In this document: in pieces, positions 24,917 through 32,000 of the stretch
Layout of the letters: each line of letters starts with the position of its first letter
How positions within the stretch are numbered: position 1 is the stretch's first letter
Assembly (NCBI RefSeq): GCF_009557235.1
Contig: NZ_CP045650.1
Location: forward strand, 870,001-902,000
From: Acinetobacter wanghuae
GTDB lineage: Bacteria; Pseudomonadota; Gammaproteobacteria; Pseudomonadales; Moraxellaceae
Direction of reading: 5' to 3'
DNA length: 32,000 bases
The notes under the pieces: generated by a model
What the model was told of the DNA's origin: nothing
Seen by the model: only the letters and a program-made list of their open reading frames with translations
Databases searched by the model: none
Position numbers and translations under genes: made by a program

Positions 24917-26233
24917 ATGCTTGAGTATGTCAACGAGTTGTGGCAAATCTTTTTGAATCGCCCGGATTTTTGGGCAGTGCTCAGCATTATTCCCGTCACC
25001 GCTTTTGTTACCTGGGCCCATGTGTGGATGGCGCTCAAGATGGTCTTTTATCCTATTCATTTCTGGGGTTTCCATCTCGGTGCAATTCCTGTGGGTTGGC
25101 AGGGCATTGTGCCGCGTAAAGCGGGACGCATTTCAGGAATTATTACCGATAACACTTTGTCTAAGTTGGGATCGTTGCGTGAGTTTTTGGACGCGATGGA
25201 TCCGCAAGATATGGCGCGGATTATTGGTGAACAAGTCGGTTTTGAACTTGAGCATTTAATTGATGAAGTCATGATGGATCGCAATGCGGTGCTTTGGGAA
25301 AATTTACCATTTTCCATTAAACGCCGTATTTATGGTCAAGCGCATAAACAAATGCCAGAAATTTTACGTGAATTGGTGACAGAATTGACCATGAACGTAG
25401 AATCGTTGGTTGATATGCGTGACATGGTTGTGCGTCAAATGGAAGGCGACCGTAAACTGATGGTGCGCATGTTCCTAAAAGTCGGTCAAAAAGAAATTAA
25501 TTTTATTTGGCACATTAGTGCACTCATTGGTATGTTCTTTGGTGTATTCCAAATGATAGTGTGGTTTGTGGTGCCATGGCATTGGACAGTTCCGTTTTGG
25601 GCAGCTATTTGGGGCTTCTTGACCAACTGGATCGCGATCTGGATGGTGTTCAATCCACTTGATCCACATCCAGTTAAATTTCCACAATTCTTTGCACGTA
25701 CGGAAAGTCGTAAATTTCCGTGGCTTAAACCTGTCATTCCTCGTATTGGCACCTATAACATACAAGGTGCATTTATGAAACGTCAGGAAGAAGTCTCTGA
25801 AGTTTTCGCAAGAGTGGTGACAGAAGATTTAATTACGTTAAAATCAATTATGACTGAAATGATGTACGGTGGTAAAAAAGACAAAACACGCCGTATTGTC
25901 AAACGTCATATTAACGAAATTATGGAAACACCACTGGTTCGCACCTCTTTGCAGCTATCTTTAGGTCCAAAAGAGTACGCAAAACTCAAGACAGACTTGA
26001 TCGATCGCTCAATTGAAATTACGATGGTGCCTGTATGCGACCCAGCGTTCAATGCGAGCCGTGCACAGAAAATCTTTCAAATGTTTAGAGAGCGAATTTT
26101 GGAGCTTACGCCCCGAGAATTTCAAAATCTATTGCGTCCTGCATTTCAGGAAGATGAGTGGATTCTGATTTTACTTGGTGGTGTCACTGGCTTTATCGCA
26201 GGACTTATCCATTTGTTTGTGGCTTTCTTATAA
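24917..26233 (+). CDS. DUF445-family membrane protein (YheB-like)
   Basis: N-terminal TM segments with the GWQGIVPRKA motif, a long soluble middle and C-terminal TM helices. The family call is from memory. Confidence 0.65.
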   Translation: MLEYVNELWQIFLNRPDFWAVLSIIPVTAFVTWAHVWMALKMVFYPIHFWGFHLGAIPVGWQGIVPRKAGRISGIITDNTLSKLGSLREFLDAMDPQDMARIIGEQVGFELEHLIDEVMMDRNAVLWENLPFSIKRRIYGQAHKQMPEILRELVTELTMNVESLVDMRDMVVRQMEGDRKLMVRMFLKVGQKEINFIWHISALIGMFFGVFQMIVWFVVPWHWTVPFWAAIWGFLTNWIAIWMVFNPLDPHPVKFPQFFARTESRKFPWLKPVIPRIGTYNIQGAFMKRQEEVSEVFARVVTEDLITLKSIMTEMMYGGKKDKTRRIVKRHINEIMETPLVRTSLQLSLGPKEYAKLKTDLIDRSIEITMVPVCDPAFNASRAQKIFQMFRERILELTPREFQNLLRPAFQEDEWILILLGGVTGFIAGLIHLFVAFL

Positions 26234-26296
26234 TGAGATGCCGGGGGACACAATCCATTGATTGTGGTCGTGGCGTCATACAAATTGTTTAAATGA

Positions 26297-26968
<672 letters not shown>

Positions 26969-26995
26969 TCTCAAACAGATTATTTTGACATTCAA

Positions 26996-27031
26996 AGAGC
27001 CCTAAGTCATATTGGGGCTCTTTTGTTTTTT
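26996..27031 (+). terminator. rho-independent terminator of adk
   Basis: Stem GAGCCCTA / TTGGGGCTC followed by TTTTGTTTTTT. Confidence 0.7.
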
Positions 27032-27053
27032 ATGCTTTTAAGGATTTCACGTT

Positions 27054-27233
27054 TTGAAAATTGGTTTGCTTATACTGATGTTGGTGTTTATCGCGATTTT
27101 AATCGGCTTGTTTATCTTAAGCTATAAAATGCTCAAAAAAGTCCGTCGTGAAGAACAACCGTCAAAATCAGTTGAATATCAGTTGCATCCAAAATTAAAA
27201 GCAGAAATGGAAAAACGTAAATCGGACAAGTAA
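27054..27233 (+). CDS. possible small single-pass membrane protein (59 aa from TTG, 51 aa from ATG 27078)
   Basis: Not in the supplied track (under 60 aa). It reads (M)KIGLLILMLVFIAILIGLFILSYKMLKKVRREEQPSKSVEYQLHPKLKAEMEKRKSDK*, one TM helix then a charged tail. No strong SD. Confidence 0.3.
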   Translation: MKIGLLILMLVFIAILIGLFILSYKMLKKVRREEQPSKSVEYQLHPKLKAEMEKRKSDK

Positions 27234-27236
27234 TAG

Positions 27237-27261
27237 CAAAAAGCTGAACTTAAAGTTCAGC
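27237..27261 (-). terminator. terminator hairpin overlapping the nth stop codon
   Basis: GCTGAACT-TAA-AGTTCAGC (27243-27261). The minus strand continues with TTTTT. Confidence 0.5.
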
Positions 27262-27960
27262 CTCAATAGTTTTTGTCGGAATTCTAACTGCACCAAATTC
27301 AAAGCGATCTGGCCAATTACAGACATCGGACACGATGCATTCATTACATTTTGGCTTACGGGCAATACAACAATAACGACCGTGTAAAATCAGCCAATGA
27401 TGTGAATCAATGATGAATTCTTTTGGAATGACTTTGACCAAACGATGCTCAACTTCAAGCACATTTTTACCGACCGCCAAGCCTGTACGATTACCTAAAC
27501 GGAAAATATGTGTGTCGACTGCCATAGTAGGCTGACCAAAGGCAGTATTGAGCACCACATTGGCTGTCTTACGCCCTACACCGGGTAAAGCTTCTAAATC
27601 CGCACGATTGCTAGGGACCACGCTGTTATGACGCTCTATGAGCATCTGACAGGCTTTAATCACATTTTCAGCTTTGGAATTATAAAGTCCAATGGTCTTG
27701 ATATAACTTTTGAGTCCTTCAACGCCTAGTGCATAAATGGCTTCTGGTGTATTGGCCACTGGGAAAAGCTTATCCGTGGCTTTGTTGACACTGACATCTG
27801 TCGCTTGGGCTGATAAAGTGACTGCCACCAAAAGTTCAAATGGATTTGAATAATTTAATTCAGTCTTTGGATTTGGACGCTGCTCACGTAAGCGTTCAAA
27901 AAAGGTCTGAATTTGTTTTTTGGTCATATTTTTTACAGGTTTTGTGCTTAATGTGCTCAT
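27250..27960 (-). CDS. nth: endonuclease III (DNA glycosylase/AP lyase)
   Basis: HhH-GPD motif LPGVGRKTANVVL, catalytic D (AVDTHIF) and the C-terminal 4Fe-4S cluster CX6CX2CX5C (CIARKPKCNECIVSDVC). The start could be M1 or M12. Confidence 0.93.
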   Translation of the reverse strand: MSTLSTKPVKNMTKKQIQTFFERLREQRPNPKTELNYSNPFELLVAVTLSAQATDVSVNKATDKLFPVANTPEAIYALGVEGLKSYIKTIGLYNSKAENVIKACQMLIERHNSVVPSNRADLEALPGVGRKTANVVLNTAFGQPTMAVDTHIFRLGNRTGLAVGKNVLEVEHRLVKVIPKEFIIDSHHWLILHGRYCCIARKPKCNECIVSDVCNWPDRFEFGAVRIPTKTIEAEL

Positions 27961-27964
27961 ATCT

Positions 27965-28142
27965 TTAAGCCTGTAAATTATTTAATTGTGCGTGTAATTC
28001 GCTGAGTAAAGTACGTTTATTGGCATCTTCACGTACGGATAACTGCTTTTCAAGCTTTTTAATTTGGGTACGTAATTTGGCCAGTTCGAGCATGGTTTTA
28101 CTATCTAAACCAACTATAACTTGTGCAGGTTTTTCAACTACT
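27965..28142 (-). other. open frame continuing past the RnfB-like stop in a different frame (likely displaced C-terminus, or a small coupled ORF)
   Basis: The C-terminal 59 codons of tracked ORF 27965..28309 (..[62 protein letters not shown]) fill the whole gap between the RnfB-like stop and nth. They end 4 nt before the nth ATG. Confidence 0.4.
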
Positions 28143-28757
28143 TCAAAGCGCTTGTACGGGTTTAATCTGATTCGAAAATTGGGCAAAAAGTTCAGTGTTG
28201 ATTTCAGCGCGTACCACAGGACCTTTACGATCAACGCGGCGTTTTTCCTCGCGTTGAATATGTGCATAATAACGATTGCGCAAATTATTCTGTTCTTCAA
28301 TTTTTGCATTTTCAGTCATTAAGGGCTGTGTATCTTCAACTAGATCAATACAGTCCACTGGACAGGGTGGAATACATAATTCACAGCCCGTACACAAGTC
28401 TGTTAGAACGGTGTGCATGAGTTTACCTGAGCCAATGATGGCATCGACAGGACAGGCATTAATGCATTTGGTGCAGCCAATACATTCATCCTCACGAATC
28501 AAAGCTTTCATACGTTGTGGACGCCCATCTGCTTGAATAGGCCAAACACTTGGCTCCGCAGGTAAAGGTGCCCGATTCAGTAGCTCAGCTAAAGCATCCG
28601 CCACAGGTTGACCGCCTGGCACGCATTTATTGGCTGCCTCTCCTTGGCTAATGGCGTTAGCATAAGGTAAGCAGCCATCACGATGTCCACATAAGCCACA
28701 TTGAGTTTGTGGCAGCAATGCATCGATGGATTGAATAAGAGAAACGTGCAAATTCAT
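28143..28757 (-). CDS. RnfB-like ferredoxin (soluble RsxB/RnfB-type Fe-S protein), possibly frameshifted at its 3' end
   Basis: N-terminal cluster [10 protein letters not shown]...C and two 4Fe-4S ferredoxin motifs, [12 protein letters not shown] and [12 protein letters not shown]. It lies upstream of nth, as in the E. coli rsx-nth operon. Confidence 0.85.
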   Translation of the reverse strand: MNLHVSLIQSIDALLPQTQCGLCGHRDGCLPYANAISQGEAANKCVPGGQPVADALAELLNRAPLPAEPSVWPIQADGRPQRMKALIREDECIGCTKCINACPVDAIIGSGKLMHTVLTDLCTGCELCIPPCPVDCIDLVEDTQPLMTENAKIEEQNNLRNRYYAHIQREEKRRVDRKGPVVRAEINTELFAQFSNQIKPVQAL

Positions 28758-29102
28758 GATAAACCAAGGTCGCTCAGAAGGCGTAGTACGAGTAGATGTT
28801 AGGGGATATGTCGAATTTCTAATTTTATCATGATTTTATTGAACAATGGTGTGCACAAATAAGATACACTTCATGCATTAAAAGTAAGCATAAAGATTCA
28901 ATTAATAGTTGATTAGATAGATTTTTTTGATGTCATTATTTTTATTCATAATAAATATAAATATTTGTTATTGAAATTATTTTTAACATTATTTAAAAAA
29001 ACTATTGTAGATTGGTTACAAAAGATATTTAATATTTTGCGCCAAAATTTAACATTGATTGTAAATTTGACCAATTTTGATCCATTTTCTGCTGAGGATT
29101 AA

Positions 29103-30449
<1,347 letters not shown>

Positions 30450-30465
30450 GTCCTGAGCTATTTAA

Positions 30466-30499
30466 TAAAAAAACCGATGCCTAGGCATCGGTTTTTTTA
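30466..30499. terminator. bidirectional rho-independent terminator
   Basis: A8-CCGATGCC-TA-GGCATCGG-T7, between convergent gdhA and the META-domain lipoprotein gene. Confidence 0.85.
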
Positions 30500-30536
30500 T
30501 ATCAGTCGATAAGTTTTGTTGTTTTCTATAATTTAA

Positions 30537-31307
30537 CTAGAGTGAACCTTTAATCGCTTCACGTTCTACTGCCATATCATAAATATAAGCATATTTAGAT
30601 TGATCTGCTGCTGGGTTCTTAATTTCAAAACGTTTTACGCGAATGATTTGACGTTCATTCGGCGTATGTTGGAAGCCTTGAATTTGGTCGTAAAATAAAG
30701 TCCAGTCTTTATCGACTTGGGTTTTAATGCCTGATTCATTGTATTTAATTTCTTTGACTTGCAAGCAGGTTTGTCGTGCGACACCCGTGCATTGCTTGGT
30801 CTGAGGTGAGATCTCGAGGAAAATGGTGTCTGCCTGACCTTGGTATTGCGTTTCAGATGTCATTTTACCTGTGAAGACATAACGCTGACCATTGGTAGTC
30901 ATGAGGGTTAAGGTCGGTGCATTGGCATTAGCGGTCTCTAGCACAAAAGGCACAGTCTTGTTAAAAATTTGTCCAGCAAGCTGTTCTTGCTTCATGGCTT
31001 CATTATTACACGCCATCATGCTCGACATCAGATTACCGATGACCAATTGATTTGAGTCTACTTTCCAAGCGCCACCGAGCGTATTACACGTGGTTGCAAC
31101 ACTAAAACGCCCCTCAGCATCAAACTTCGCGATCATATGCTTCGCGGCACCCGTATCTAAATGCCACTCATATGCGCTTAATGTTTTAGACGGATTTTGT
31201 TGCTGGAGAATAGTCACAACATTGTCTCCAAATTTTTGCATATCTGAACTTTGACATGCAGCGAGACCTAAAGGGAGGAGGGCTAAAATAAGGTATTTGA
31301 ATTTCAT
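30537..31307 (-). CDS. lipoprotein with META (HslJ-like) and DUF4377 domains
   Basis: Lipobox LGLAAC. META-like YEWHL...FDAEGRFSVATTCNTLGGAWKVDSNQLVIGNLMSSMMAC, and a C-terminal C..C..VKEIKY...W..FYD.I.GF segment like DUF4377. Confidence 0.75.
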   Translation of the reverse strand: MKFKYLILALLPLGLAACQSSDMQKFGDNVVTILQQQNPSKTLSAYEWHLDTGAAKHMIAKFDAEGRFSVATTCNTLGGAWKVDSNQLVIGNLMSSMMACNNEAMKQEQLAGQIFNKTVPFVLETANANAPTLTLMTTNGQRYVFTGKMTSETQYQGQADTIFLEISPQTKQCTGVARQTCLQVKEIKYNESGIKTQVDKDWTLFYDQIQGFQHTPNERQIIRVKRFEIKNPAADQSKYAYIYDMAVEREAIKGSL

Positions 31308-31469
31308 TGATATAAAAATCGTCTGAGTGGATCAGATTTAAATATAAACGAATGTTTTTATTAAAGAATGGATACATTTTGAGGATTTAGGTATCAAAAT
31401 GTATCCAATGAGGTTTTACAACGTTTGGTCAGGTGTTGAGACGGGTAGAATTATCTGTGTCGAGAGCAC

Positions 31470-32000
31470 TTAATCGAAGCGGTAAATATCCATGCCCAAA
31501 GAACCCATAGTGAAACTGCTATGTACCAAGCTAAAACGTTCACCGGTGCCCATTGAGAAGAACAGTGGGGCAAAGTGTTCAAGGGTTGGATGATTACGCT
31601 CGACGTAAGGAATGTTCTTCCAATCCAGTACGGCATCAAAATCACGATGACTCAGTTTTTGAACCACATAATTTCTAAATGTAGATGCCCACTCAGGCAC
31701 AGCACTCTCGCCACCATGACGATTAAGTTCACGCAGATTATGTGTAATGCTGCCTGAACCAATCAATAAAATTTGCTGCTCACGTAACACGCTAAGCGTT
31801 CGACCAATCTTAAAGATGTCATCTGCTGTCATGGAAATCGGAAGCGAAATTTCAACCACAGGAATATCGGCTTCAGGATACATATGCAATAACGGCATCC
31901 ATACGCCATGATCGCGGGGGCGTGAATTATTGGCATACGCTGTCAAATTGGCATCAGCAAATCGTTTTAAAATCTGCTCTGCCAGTTCAGGTTGACCCGG
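31470..32000 (-). CDS. 4,5-DOPA-dioxygenase-extradiol-like (YgiD family) class III dioxygenase, 5'-truncated by the window edge
   Basis: DHGVWMPLLHMYPEADIPVVEISLP and GSGSITHNL motifs. The frame stays open beyond the tracked TTG at 31946, up to position 32000 (..PGQPELAEQILKRFADANL..). Confidence 0.8.
   Translation of the reverse strand, partial: PGQPELAEQILKRFADANLTAYANNSRPRDHGVWMPLLHMYPEADIPVVEISLPISMTADDIFKIGRTLSVLREQQILLIGSGSITHNLRELNRHGGESAVPEWASTFRNYVVQKLSHRDFDAVLDWKNIPYVERNHPTLEHFAPLFFSMGTGERFSLVHSSFTMGSLGMDIYRFD

Overview
Low-GC gammaproteobacterial chromosome. Gene content and protein sequences look like Acinetobacter (Moraxellaceae), but this is recognition from memory, not a search. 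Most of the window is ordinary core genome: a PadR/DUF2798/quinone-oxidoreductase cluster, tRNA-Leu(UAA) and tRNA-Cys(GCA), folD, a KgtP-like MFS transporter, GTP-dependent PEP carboxykinase, a lipid-kinase/metallophosphoesterase pair, groES-groEL behind a sigma32-like promoter, rsmD, PBP2 (mrdA), adk, nth, an RnfB-like ferredoxin, gdhA, a partial YgiD-like dioxygenase and six small lipoproteins. The one clearly accessory stretch is about 5.3 kb directly behind the groEL terminator (13573-18846). It holds an IS30-family and an IS982-family element inserted back-to-back, each with intact target-site duplications. It also holds a 61-aa ORF, an XRE-type regulator and, divergent from the regulator, a 625-aa trimeric autotransporter adhesin whose head has no repeats I recognise. 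This block is bracketed by a near-identical 36-37 nt direct repeat of the terminator hairpin. I see no CRISPR array, integrase, prophage or known defence system. The best candidates for something undescribed are the adhesin/regulator cassette with its palindrome-rich control region and terminator-like leader, the duplicated-hairpin boundaries, and a probable frameshift in the RnfB-like gene. All product calls rest on motifs I can read in the translations. No database search was possible.
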